A DNA stretch of 64,000 bases. Origin: Scyliorhinus canicula. Its lineage: Eukaryota. The position numbers were made by a program, and so were the translations under genes. Shown here one piece after another: positions 20,230 to 32,417 of this stretch. Position 1 is the first letter of the stretch. Each line of letters opens with the position of its first letter. The stretch spans positions 61,158,146 to 61,222,145 of the forward strand of contig NC_052157.1 of NCBI RefSeq assembly GCF_902713615.1, in the 5' to 3' direction. The notes under the pieces are model-generated. The model did no database searches, was not told where the DNA came from, and was given only the letters and a program-made list of their open reading frames with translations.

Positions 20230-21440
20230 CAGTTAACTGACAGAGTACCCTTCATCGTCCAGTATTTCCCCAAAGCGAATGAACTGCGACATCCTCTTTG
20301 CAGCCTTCAACACGTCATCGATCAAGCCAAACATCTTGCCAAGGTCATCCCCACACCCCCACTACTTGCCTTCAAACAACCGCGCACCCTCAAACAGACC
20401 ATTGTTTGCAGCAAACTACCCAGTCTTCAGAACAGCGACCACGACACCACACAACCCTGCCATGGCAATCTCTGGATATTGACATGGATACCACCATTAC
20501 ACGTGAAAACATCACCCACCGGGTACGTGGTACATACTCGTGCGACTCGGCCAACGCCGTCTACCTCATATGTCACCCAGGCCCACATCTCCACCCTATC
20601 CCCATAACCCAGTAACCCCACCCAACACTAAGGGCAATTTTGGACACTAAGGGCAATTTACCATGGCCAATCCACCTAACCTGCACATCTTTGGACTGTG
20701 GGAGGAAACCGGAGCACCCGGAGGAAACCCACGCATACATAGGGAGAACGTGCAGACTCCGCACAGTGACCCAAGCTGGGAATCGAACCTGGGACCCTGG
20801 AGCTGCGAAGCATTTGTGCTAACCACTTTGCTACCATGCTGCCCAAAGGATGCCCAGGAAAGGATGTCCCTCGGCGTGGTATATTGGCGAGACCATGCAC
20901 ACGCTGCGACAATGGATGAACGGACATTGCACGACAATCGCCAGGCAGGAATGTTCCCTTCCAGTTGGGAAACACTTCAGCAGTTAAGGGCATTCAGCCT
21001 CTGATCTTCAGGGAAGCGTTCTCCAAGGCGGCCTTCAGGACGCGCGACAACGCAGAATCGCCGAGCAGAAACTTATAGCCAAGTTCTGCACACATGAACA
21101 CGGCCTCAACCGGGACCTTGGATTCATGTCGCATTACATTCACCCCCCACCATCTGACCTAGGCTTTCAAAATCCTACCAACTCTCCTGGCTTGAGACAA
21201 TTCACACCTCTTTAACCTGGGATTGTCCCTCTCTCCACTTGCTCCATCTGGAGCTGTAAAGACTTAATTACCTGCAAAGGCTTGCATTCAAAGTATCGTC
21301 TTGCATATTTGACTTTGTCTACATATATGTTCCTGGAACCCACCTCTTCATTCACCTGAGGAAGGAGCTGTGCTCCAAAAGCCAGTGATTCAAAACAAAC
21401 CTGTTGGACTTTAACGTGATGTTATAAGACTTCTTACTGT
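20230..21440 (+). mobile_element. Penelope-like element remnant (second family), interrupted by a SINE
   Basis: DRVPFIVQYFP..LLAFKQP, then GIY-YIG AVYLIC..WYIGET. 3' pLTR carries a hammerhead-like motif at 21352-21389 (CTGAGGAAGGAGC-TGT-GCTCC-AAAA, G12 mutated). Confidence 0.85.
20577..20844 (-). mobile_element. HE1-like V-SINE
   Basis: Head, B box and V-domain. Confidence 0.88.
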
Positions 21441-21944
21441 TGTCACCCCAGTCCAATCCAGCATCTCCACATCATATCTCCCACAAGTGACGATCTAACC
21501 ACTGCCCCCTTGACATGCAATGGCATTACCATTGCTGAATCCCCAACATTTAACATCCTGGCATCCTGGGGGTTACCATTAATCAGAAGCTGAACTGAAC
21601 TCACCACATTAACACTATGGCAACCAGGGCAGGTCAAAGGCTAGAAAACGTACGATGAGTAACTCACCTCCTGACCCCCGAAAGCCTGTCCACCACCTAT
21701 AAGGCACAATTCAGGAGTGTAATGGAATATCCTTCAAGGAGCAGTGCTCTGAAAGCTAGTGATTTGAAACAAACCTGTTGGACTTTAACCTGGTGTTGTC
21801 AGACTTCTTACTGTGCTCACCCCAGTCCAACGCCGGCATCCCCACATCATGGTCCCTTAATCCAGACGGAGGATTCAATCTCTGGGAAGGTTCTCAGATT
21901 TCCCGTTTTACTCAATATCTACATCTCCTTGCTCACCACCCATC

Positions 21945-22075
21945 ATAAGATCATAAGACATAGAGCAGAATTAGGCCACTTAGCTCATCGAGTCTGCTCC
22001 GCCATTCAATCATGGCTGATATTTTTCTCATCCCCATTCTCCTGCTTTCAGCCTCATATTCTCCCCTCACAGTGG
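21945..22075 (-). mobile_element. CR1 LINE 3' end fragment
   Basis: CATAAGATCATAAGACATAG tail and 3' UTR like that at 53104. Confidence 0.7.
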
Positions 22076-22361
22076 GAGGAGGAACTATTGCAGGGTTCTC
22101 TAACTCTATCCTCTGACCCTTCCCCTGTTGGTCAACGCAGCTCCTGTGGAGTGTCCAGCTCTTGCCCAATGCCTCCCCTATGAGCCTCCTCTCCTCCACA
22201 CTCTGCTCCATCACCATGCAGCTCCCGTGACCCATTTTCCAACTGGTTTTGGTACCCAGGATGTTGAGTCGAATTTAATCGGTCTGTGCTCCTTTACACA
22301 CTTGTCCAAAGTTTTGGATTCTTTTAATGTAACCTGAACTCTGCTGGTTTTTCGCTCCTAG

Positions 22362-22539
22362 GAAACGAAATAGACACCAGATCAATCAAAATGAAGCATC
22401 TAACGGCGTCTCTTTGACAGAGGTGACCTGTTCAGGTGAAGCACGGGGCCTTGTGACAACAGCACCTGAGCATCAGGATGGAGCGGCTAGAGAACAAAAC
22501 CTTCTGAGGAGTGGGATTGTCCAGATTCCACTGAACTGA
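22362..22539 (+). CDS. B7-like gene, cytoplasmic and probable terminal exon (RKRNRHQINQ...IVQIPLN*)
   Basis: Acceptor GGTTTTTCGCTCCTAG, phase 2 matching the TM exon, 58 open codons to TGA at 22537-22539. AATAAA candidates near 24397 and 24487. Confidence 0.7.
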
Positions 22540-23830
22540 GCCTGGGTCAGGGAGGGGAAAATCAGCCCAGTTTTGTGGCTTGTGAGTAATTCCTGGTGGG
22601 TAGTCTGAGTCTAGGATTGGGATCAACAATCACTTCCCACTTTGCACAAACCCTTCTGACCAGCACAATCTGATGAGGGAGACTCCCAGTGGAGGTGTCA
22701 CTCATTACCAGAAAAACGTTTCCAACTATTTCAATCTCTGCCTTATCTGTCGGCATTCCTGTGATAGACTGTGCCCAAACCCAATCTCAGGAACATACAC
22801 CTCTAGCCGTGTAACCCACTAATCACTGCCTGTGTGAGATGGTAACTTTCAAAATATCCTATTTGATGAGTGAGTGGGAACATCGAGTAGTTTCTGATGA
22901 ATTTATTAACTCGTTCGCAGTGTGAATGATGCTGCCAGGGCTCCGTTTATTGTCCATCTCTATTTGACCCACTGCAGTCCTTGTAGTGATGATGCTCCCA
23001 CAGTGCTGAACGTGGGCAGAGGCTACAGAATCTCCCTCTGCAGCAGCATTCACTTGTCAAAAACCATTGGATGCTTGGCAGGGATTTATCATCAGCAGTA
23101 CCCTGAAGTCCCGCTGGTGAGGACAACCAGAAAATCCCACTTTACAATATTGTTAGCAAATCCTTTACATCCAGATTCAGATTCTGGATGGTTTTCAGAT
23201 TTAAATAGCATTGATCCTTGCAACACTGCGCTAATTACATCTTACCATTCTGAAAATGTCAAGTTTGTTCCTACTCTGTTTTCTGTCTGTTAACCGATCA
23301 CAATCCATGTTAATATTATAACCCCCAATCTCTGTGCCTCATTGAAGACTTTCTGAAAATTCCAAAGTACTCATGGTTCCCCATATCAATACAAGGGAAG
23401 AACAGGTCCTGAAACTTTCTGGACAAGTAACTTGAACATGTTGTGTTGAGAGAGATAACATTGTTTCAATTTGTACCAGGCCGATGTATCGTATGCTGTG
23501 CCAACTGACATTAAATGTCACAAGAAATGTGTCTGAGCCAAAAATAGACACTATTTTGTACTGAGCAAATTCAATAATGTGTTGACATGCAGGCATTTTG
23601 TGTTGTATTTAATTCATGTGCAAGTTGCTTGCCTGTCATGATCACTCCTATCATTAGTCTACCCTACAATACTTCACAGTTCCCCAGTGCAGCTGCACCC
23701 GGTGGGTTTGGGGGGATTATGAGGGTTGGGGCTCTCACTGAATGTGTAGCCTGTGTCACCAGCTGCTATAAGGCTGGAGGATAGCAGGGTGACGTGTGCC
23801 TCCTTCCACCACAGGGTGGGACCGGTATTT

Positions 23831-24189
23831 ATCACACAGATATCACAGAATTTACAGTGCAGAAGGAGGCCATTCGGCCCATCGAGTCTGCACCAGCTCT
23901 TGGAAAGAGCACCCTTCCCAAGGTCAACACTTCCACCCTATCCCCATAACCCAGCAACCCCACCCAACACTAAGGGCAATTTTGGACACTAGGGGCAATT
24001 TATCATGGCCAATCCACCTAACCTGCACATCTTTGGACTGTGGGAGGAAACCGGAGCACCCGGAGGAAACCCACGCACACACGGGGAGGATGTGCAGACT
24101 CCGCACAGACAGTGACCCAAGCCGGAATCGAACCTGGAACCCTAGAGCTGTGAAGCAATTGTGCTATCCACAATGCTACCATGCTGCCC
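23831..24189 (-). mobile_element. HE1-like V-SINE, full length
   Basis: Head GGGCAGCATGG, B box, V-domain and tail. Confidence 0.9.
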
Positions 24190-24648
24190 TCTTCACTTGA
24201 GCTGTCCATCCGTCAGTCGATGGACTCAGCGAGGTATCTGATAGGAGTAACTCATTATTTCAACAATTACAAAAACACACCCCATGAACTTTGTTTGCAT
24301 GTGGTGGTGTCCTTTTGTTTACGTGGAACAAAAATAGTAAGTGAGACATCCAGAATAAGCATAACTATTCTAACACTTAGGAACGATGAGACTGCTAATA
24401 AATGGAGTTTTATAAAAAGTCTCATCAATTTTCAAATTGGGGAGCAATAACTCTGTGTTGGTTTGTTGTGATTTTTCTCTAACATCAATAAAGAGCTGGT
24501 GAGACATGAACTGGGTGAGGGTCTGGGTAAGGGGCTTCCAGTCCCCCTACTGGGGAGCTTGTGTCCATGGGGTACTGGGGTGGAAACACAGTCACTGTTT
24601 GAGGGTGGGAATGGGTAATGACAGCAGCAGAGCAGACCATGGGATCAC

Positions 24649-25142
24649 TGTGTTAACACACCACAGCCTTTGATATGAATGAACACAGCAAGCTGATTTG
24701 GGAGACCCTTCAGAGCTGGAGACCCTTCAGTCATGATATGCAGACACACATGCACACACACATAATGATATACAGACAAGCAGCTAATGGACACAGAGAA
24801 CAGGACATGACCAATAAGCAGGCAGGACACTCAAGGGTGGGATCTGACCATAAAAGACACGAGGCACTCACACTCCGCCTCTTTCCACTGATGAATATCT
24901 AGAGAGTTAGTCAAGGGTGTTGTTACAATCTCACACCTCCACCATGTGGCTAAGAGCTAGTCTGGTTCAGTCAGACAGAGTAACCACACTTAAATTAACA
25001 GAGAGTCGAACTCACTGCGAACTGTGCTAACTGTGCTATTAGTTCAATAAATCTAATTGAATTAACTTCAAGGTCTGGAGTACCTTTCTTCTGATCTAAT
25101 CTGCATCCAGTTGCAGCCAGTGTTAGACCAGTGTACCTAACA
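24649..25142 (+). mobile_element. Probable solo LTR
   Basis: TG...CA ends, CCAAT, CATAAAA TATA-like box and AATAAA in LTR order. No clean TSD found. Confidence 0.55.
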
Positions 25143-27372
25143 CGATACCTTCCTCCGCAAGAACATGAGAATAACTATTCACACATCAAGGGAAGACAAC
25201 AGCAAACAATATGTAACAGAGGTGAGGTGAGAGTGCCTGTCCTTGACATCAATGCAGTATTTGACTTGAGTGTAGCATCAGGGAGCCTTAGAAAAACTGG
25301 AGTCAATGGGAATCAGGGGGAAAACTCTCCGCTGGTTGGAATCAGAGCTGTCACAAAGGAAGATGATTGTGGGTGTTGGAGATTAATCATCTCAGCTCCA
25401 GGATATCACTACAGGAGTTCCTCAGGGTAGTGTCCTCGGCCAAACCACCTTCAGTTGCTTCAGCAATGACCTCCTTCTGATGTGTTGGGCAAGCTGGGTC
25501 AATGTGGACTGGTTTGAAACAGTGTAGCGAGAGACAGGCTTCCAACACTTGATGAGATGCAACACGATTTAATTTAACATCTAACTATTTTACATGTTCA
25601 ACTATGGGTTGACACTGCGTTGATTTGACTGGAGACCTGAGGCTAGCCTGACCAGACTAACTGCCTACCACATGGTGTTTGCACTGGCTATTGCTCACGA
25701 GCTCTGACTGTCTCAGAGGCTGGATCCCGAGAGAGCGGGAAAACTGGTGCCCTCTGGCTTTATAGAGGTCATGTCCTGTCCGGTGATTGGCTGCTGTATT
25801 CTGTGTGCTCACTGGTCATCCTGTGTGTCAATCACTGCCTGTCTGCACCTCATTATATACATGGATGTATATTGTGACATCTACCCCCCCTTTTTTTATA
25901 TTGTTTGTGTTCAGGTAATAAATATTGAGGTGCATAGACAGTTCATGTCTCTGTGACGGGCGACGAATTCTGGTTGACCGCCTCAACGGTGGATCAGGGG
26001 CCGCCTGCTCTTGGATGGGCGGGACTGCCGCCAATGCGGTGGTCGCAGAGGTCAGCAGGATTGCCGGTAGATCGGTGGCCTCGTGGCAGGGCAGGTCCGG
26101 AGGAAGCAGTGTGTGAGGTGGGACATCACGGTCGGGTGGCGGGTGAAAGTCTGCGCAGTGCCCGCCTGTTGCGTCGTCGGAAAGGGCCATCAGCCATGCG
26201 AACGAGGACCGATCTCGGGGACACTTGCTTGACCACCACAGCTGTGGCGGACCAGCCGCCGTCAGGCAGCTGTACACTAACTCGATCAGCTGGGACCAGC
26301 TCAGGGAGATCCATGGCATGAGCGTCGTATGCTGATTTATGTTGGGCCCGAGATTGCTGCATCTTCTGTATGACCGGGAAGTTGTCAAGGTCTGGATCAT
26401 AGATGGCTGGAACCATCGTTCGTAGTGTGCGGTTCATGAGAAGCTGCGCTGGGGACAGCCCAGTGGACAGCGGGGTCGCTCTGTATGCCAACAGCGCCAG
26501 GTTGAAATCGGAGCCTGAGTCTGCAGCCTTACATAATAATCTTTTGACGATGTGGACCCCTTTTTCAGCCTTCCCATTTGACTGTGGGTAGTGGGGGCTG
26601 GATGTGACGTGCCGTGAGTGGTATCCCATGTCTGGCAAAAGTTTCCTTGCATGCCTTGATCGCCGCCGCCGACGTGAGGTCAGACAGTCTGACCACTTTG
26701 GGGTAATTGGAAAAGTAGTCGACCAGGAGGACATAGTCACGCCCCTTGGCATGGAACAGGTCGACACCGACTTTGGACCACGGGGAGGTCACGGTCTCAT
26801 GTTGCTGCAGAGTTTCTTTAAGTTGAGCCGGCTGAAATTTTTGACACGTAGGGCATTGAGGACCGTGTTGGCAACGTCCTGGCTGATGCCCGGCCAGTAG
26901 ACTGCCTTCCGAGCTCTGCGTCGACATTTCTTCACACCCAGGTGACTCTCGTGGATTTGGCCGAGCACCAGAGCTTGCATGCTCTGCGGGATCACAATTC
27001 TGTCAAGCTTCATGAGGATGCCGTCTACCACCGTCAGATCGCCCTTGATGTTGTAAAACTGTGGACACTGTCCCTTCTGCCAGCCATTCGTGAGGTGCTG
27101 CATCACCCACTGGAGCAGAGGATCCCTGGCCGTTTCCTCACAAATTTGAATGACCCTCTCATCAGAGGCCAGAATGTTGGAGGCACAGAATTGCACCTGC
27201 GCGTCTATTTGACATACGATGTCAGTCTGCTCACACGGTGTGGTGATTGACCTGGAAAGTGCATCTGCAACAATGAGCTCTTTGCCCGGGGTGTAAACCA
27301 GGTCGAAATCGTAGCGGCACAGCTTGAGAAGGGTGCGTTGTAACCGTGGCGTCATGTCATTGAGGTCTTTTT

Positions 27373-27585
27373 TTTCTTCTTTTTTTTAAAATTTAGATTA
27401 CCCAATTATTTTTTCCAATTAGGTGGCAATTTAGCGTGCCCAATCCACCTACTCTGCACATTTTTGGGTTGTGGGGGCGAAACCCACGCAGACACGGGGA
27501 GAATGTGCAAACTCCACAGGGATCGAACCTGGGACCTCAGCGCCGTGAGGCGGTTGGGCTAACCACTAGGCCACCGTGCTGCCCC
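27373..27585 (-). mobile_element. Short V-SINE inserted in the Mag RNase H region
   Basis: 16-bp TSD TCATTGAGGTCTTTTT at 27357-27372 and 27586-27601. Confidence 0.9.
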
Positions 27586-27907
27586 TCATTGAGGTCTTTT
27601 TGGATGATGTGAACCAATGGCCTGTGGTTCGTCTCAAATGTGAATTTAGGGAGGCCATACACATAGTCGTGGAACTTGTCGATTCCCGTTAGGAGGCTCA
27701 GGAATTCCATCTCAATCTGAGCGTACCGTTGCTCAGTGGGCGTCATGGCTCTGGAGGCATATGCAACTGAGGGCCAGGAGGAGGAGTCATCCCGTTGGAG
27801 GAGCACCGCCCCAATACCGTCCTGGCTCGCGTCAGTGGCTATTTTTGTCTCCTTGGCGGGGTCGAAAAACGGCAGCACCGGGGCTTTGGTGAGTTTTGCC
27901 CTCAGCC

Positions 27908-30900
27908 CTCAGGGTTTAAACTAATGTGGCAGGGGGATGGGAACCGATGCAGGAAGTTGGAAGGTAGTAAAACAGGGACAGAAGCAAAAGGAAGTAAGGG
28001 GAAAAGTGCAAGGCAGAGAAGACATAGTCAAAAATCTAAAAGGGCGACAGTACAAGGAACAGTGACTGAGGGGAGCACAGTGAATAGGCCCAGTAATAAC
28101 AAAGGAATAAAACTGGAGATGTTAAGATTCAAAACAGAGGTAAAAAAACCAACATAAGTGTACTTTACCTGAATGCTCGTAATATTCGGAATAAAGTAAA
28201 TGAGTTGATGGCACAAATCATCGTAAATGACTATGATTTAGTGGCCGTTACTGAAACATGGTTAAAGGATGGTCATGACTGGGAGTTAAATATCCGAGGG
28301 CATCAAACTATTCGGAAGGACAGAGTGGATGGTAAGGGAGGTAGTGTTGCTCTGTTATTTAAGGATGACATCCGGGCAATAGTAAGGGATGACATCGGTG
28401 CTATGGAGGATAAGGTTGAATCCATTTGGGTGGAAATCAGGAATAGTAAGGCGAAAAAGTCACCGATAGGAGTAGTCTATCGGCCACCAAATAGTAACGA
28501 TATGGTGGGGCAGGCAATAAACAAAGAAATAACTGATGCATGTAGAAATGGTACAGCAGTTATCATGGGGGATTTTAATCTACATGTCGATTGTTTTAAC
28601 CAGGTCAGTCAAGGCAACCTTGAGGAGGAGTTTATAGAATGTATCCGCGATAATTTCCTAGAACAGTATGTAATGGAACCTACGAGGGAACAAGCGGTCC
28701 TAGATCTTGTCCTGTGTAATGAGACAGGATTGATTCATGATCTCATAGTTAGGGATCCTCTCGGAAGGAGCGATCACAATATGGTGGAATTTAAAATACA
28801 GATGGAGGGTGAGAAAGTAAAATCAAATACTAGTGTTTTGTGTTTAAACAAAGGAGATTACAAGGGGATGAGAGAAGAACTAGCTAAGGTAGACTGGGAG
28901 TTAAGACTTTATGGTGGAACAGTTGAGGAACAGTGGAGAACCTTCCAAGCGATTTTTCACAGTGCTCAGCAAAGGTTTATACCAACAAAAAGGAAGAACG
29001 GAAGAAAGAGGGAAAATCGACCGTGGATATCTAAGGAAATAAGGGAGAGTATCAAATTGAAGGAAAAAGCATATAAAGTGGCAAAGATTGCTGGGAGATT
29101 AGAGGACTGGGAAATCTTTAGGGGGCAACAGAAAGCTACTAAAAAAGCTATAAAGAAGAGTAAGATAGAGTATGAGAGTAAACTTGCTCAGAATATAAAA
29201 ACAGTAAAAGTTTTTACAAATATATAAGACAAAAAAGAGTGGCTAAGGTAAATATTGGTCCTTTAGAGGATGAGAAGGGAGTTTTAATAATGGGAAATGA
29301 GGAAATGGCTGAGGAACTGAACAGGTTTTTTGGGTCGGTCTGCACAGTGGAAGACACAATTAACATGCCAGCGACTGATAGAAATGAGGCTATGACAGGT
29401 GAGGACCTTGAGAGGATTGTTATCACTAAGGAGGGAGTTATGGGCAAGCTAATGGGGCTAAAGGTAGACAAGTCTCCTGGCCCTGATGGAATGCATCCCA
29501 GAGTGCTAAAAGAGATGGCTAGGGAAATTGCAGATGCACTAGTGATAATTTACCGAAATTCACTAGACTCTGGGATGGTCCCGGTGGATTGGAAATTAGC
29601 AAACGTGACGCCACTGTTTAAAAAAGGAGGTAGGCAGAAAGCAGGAAATTATAGGCCAGTGAGCTTAACTTCGGTAGTAGGGAAGATGCTGGAATCTATC
29701 ATCAAGGAAGAAATTGCGAGGCATCTGGATAGAAATTGTCCCATTGGGCAGACGCAGCATGGGTTCGTAAAGGGCAGGTCATGCCTAACTAATTTAGTGG
29801 AATTGTTTGAGGACATTACCAGTGCAGTAGATAACGGGGAGCCGATGGATGTGGTATATCTGGATTTCCAGAAAGCCTTTGACAAGGTGCCACACAAAAG
29901 GTTGCTGCATAAGATAAAGATGCATGGCATTAAGGGTAAAGTAGTAGCATGGATAGAGAATTGGTTAATTAATAGAAAGCAAAGAGTTGGGATTAATGGG
30001 TGTTTCTCTGGTTGGCAATCAGTAGCTAGTGGTGTCCCTCAGGGATCCGTGTTGGGCCCACAATTGTTCACAATTTACATAGATGATTTGGAGTTGGGGA
30101 CCAAGGGCAACGTGTCCAAGTTTGCATATGGCACTAAGATGAGTGGTAAAGCGAAAAGTGCAGAGGATACTGGAAGTCTGCAGAGGGATTTGGATAGGTT
30201 AAGTGAATGGGCTAGGGTCTGGCAGATGGAATACAATGTTGACAAATGTGAGGTCATCCATTTTGGTAGGAATAACAGCAAACGGGATTATTATTTAAAC
30301 GATAAAATATTAAAGCATGCCGCTGTTCAGAGAGACTTGGGTGTGCTAGTGCATGAGTCACAGAAGGTTGGTTTACAAGTGCAACAGGTGATTAAGAAGG
30401 CAAATGGAATTTTGTCCTTCATTGCTAGAGGGATGGAGTTTAAGGCTAGGGAGGTTATGTTGCAATTGTATAAGGTGTTAGTGCGGCCACACCTGGAGTA
30501 TTGTGTTCAGTTTTGGTCTCCTTACTTGAGAAAGGACGTACTGGCACTGGAGGGTGTGCAGAGGAGATTCACTAGGTTAATCCCAGAGCTGAAGGGGTTG
30601 GATTATGAGGAGAGGTTGAGTAGACTGGGACTGTACTCGTTGGAATTTAGAAGGATGAGGGGGGATCTTATAGAAACATTCAAAATTATGAAGGGAATAG
30701 ATAGGATAGATGCGGGCAGGTTGTTTCCACTGGCGGGTGACAGCAGAACTAGGGGGCATAGCCTCAAAATAAGGGGAAGTAGATTTAGGACTGAGTTTAG
30801 GAGGACCTTCTTCACCCAAAGGGTTGTGAATCTATGGAATTCCTTGCCCAGTGAAGCAGTTGAGGCTCCTTCATTACATGTTTTTAAGGTAAAGATAGAT

Positions 30901-31066
30901 AGTTTTTTGAAGAATAAAGGGATTAAGGGTTATGGTGTTCGGGCCGGAAAGTGGAGCTGAGTCCACAAAAGATCAGCCATGATCTAATTGAATGGCGGAG
31001 CAGTCTCGAGGGGCCAGATGGCCTACTCCTGCTCCTAGTTCTTATGTTCTTATGTTCTTATGTTCT
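27908..31066 (+). mobile_element. CR1 LINE, 5'-truncated: ORF1 end plus ORF2 (APE endonuclease and RT)
   Basis: APE motifs VAVTETW, IMGDFN and SDHN. Frameshift near 29210. RT ORF 29239-30960 with catalytic FADD mutated to FAYG. (TTCTTATG)n tail. Confidence 0.95.
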
Positions 31067-32417
31067 AACGCCATTCTTTCTCATGAGCGGGCAGCAATTG
31101 GAAATCTGTCGACTTTCTGACGAGATGGCGGAGGGCTGTGGTGTGGGACGCCATGTTGGGAATGAACTTCCCAAGGAAGTTGACCATCCCTAGAAAGCGA
31201 AGGACCGCCTTATTGTCCTCTGGGGTCTTCATGGCATTGATCGCTGAAACCTTGTCAGCATCCGGCTGCACACCTCGCTGCGAGATGTGGTCGCCAAGGA
31301 ATTTGATTTCTGATTGACCGAATGAGCATTTGGCTCTATTGAGTCGGAGGCCGTGCTCGTAGATCCTGTGGAATACCCGCTTGAGGCGATCGATGTATTC
31401 TTGAGGAGTTGTGGACCAGATTTTGACATCGTCGCCGTACACTTGCACCCCCTCGATGCCCTCCATCATCTGTTCCATGATGCAGTGAAATACCTCTGAG
31501 GCAGAGATGATGCCAAAGGGCATTCGGTTGTAGCAGTAGCGACCGAACGGGGTATTGAATGTGCACAGCTTGCAACTGGATGCTTCCAGCTGTATTTACC
31601 AGATCCCCTTGGAGGTGTCCACCTTTGTAAAGATTTTGGCATGAGCCATCTCGCTGGTTAACTCTTCTCGTTTTGGTATCGGGTAATGTTCCCTCAGCAT
31701 GTTGCGGTTTAAATCTGTGGGGTCGGTACAGATTCGAAGGTCCCCTGACGGCTTCTTGATGCAAACCATGGAGCTAACCCAGTCCGTGGGTTCCATGACC
31801 TTTGATGTGACGCCCTGGTCCTGGAGGTCTTGCAGCTGCTGCTTGAGGTGGTCCTTGAGGGGTGCGGGCACCCGACACGGTGCGTGAACCACAGGGATGG
31901 TGTTTGGTTTCAGCAGGATTTTGTATCGGTGTGGGAGTGTGCCCATACCTTCGAACACGCTATGGTATTGTGCTATGATGTCATTAATTTCAGCCTGGAA
32001 GTTTTCATCAGGTGAGGCCGTCGCCTGTGAGGATGACATGGTGTGGACTCGCTGAACCAGGTTCAGGAGTTTGCAGGCCCGAGCACCGAGCAGGGAAGCT
32101 CTGTCAGGTCCTACAATCTCAAATCACAGCGTCGCTTTAAGTGACCTATTGGATACTCCAAGTTGGCATGAGCCACTGGCAGCAATGGCATTGCCATTGT
32201 AGTCAAGGAGCTGACAGGCCGGTGGAAGAATGCTTGGTCTGATGCGGATGGTGTCGAGATTGGATTTCAAAATGAGGTTCGCTGAAGCGCCGGTGTCCAG
32301 CTTGAAACGGATGCGAGCCTTGTTAACTGTAAGGATAGCACACCACTCGTCGTCTGGATCAACGCTCAGGATTGGGAGGTGTTTCACCATCTTTGAGAAA
32401 GGCAGCATATGCTTAGT

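Noticed and set aside
29239-30960. 573-aa RT ORF as an active LINE or host gene
   Set aside because: Catalytic FADD is mutated to FAYG, there is a frameshift from the endonuclease, and the element is 5'-truncated.
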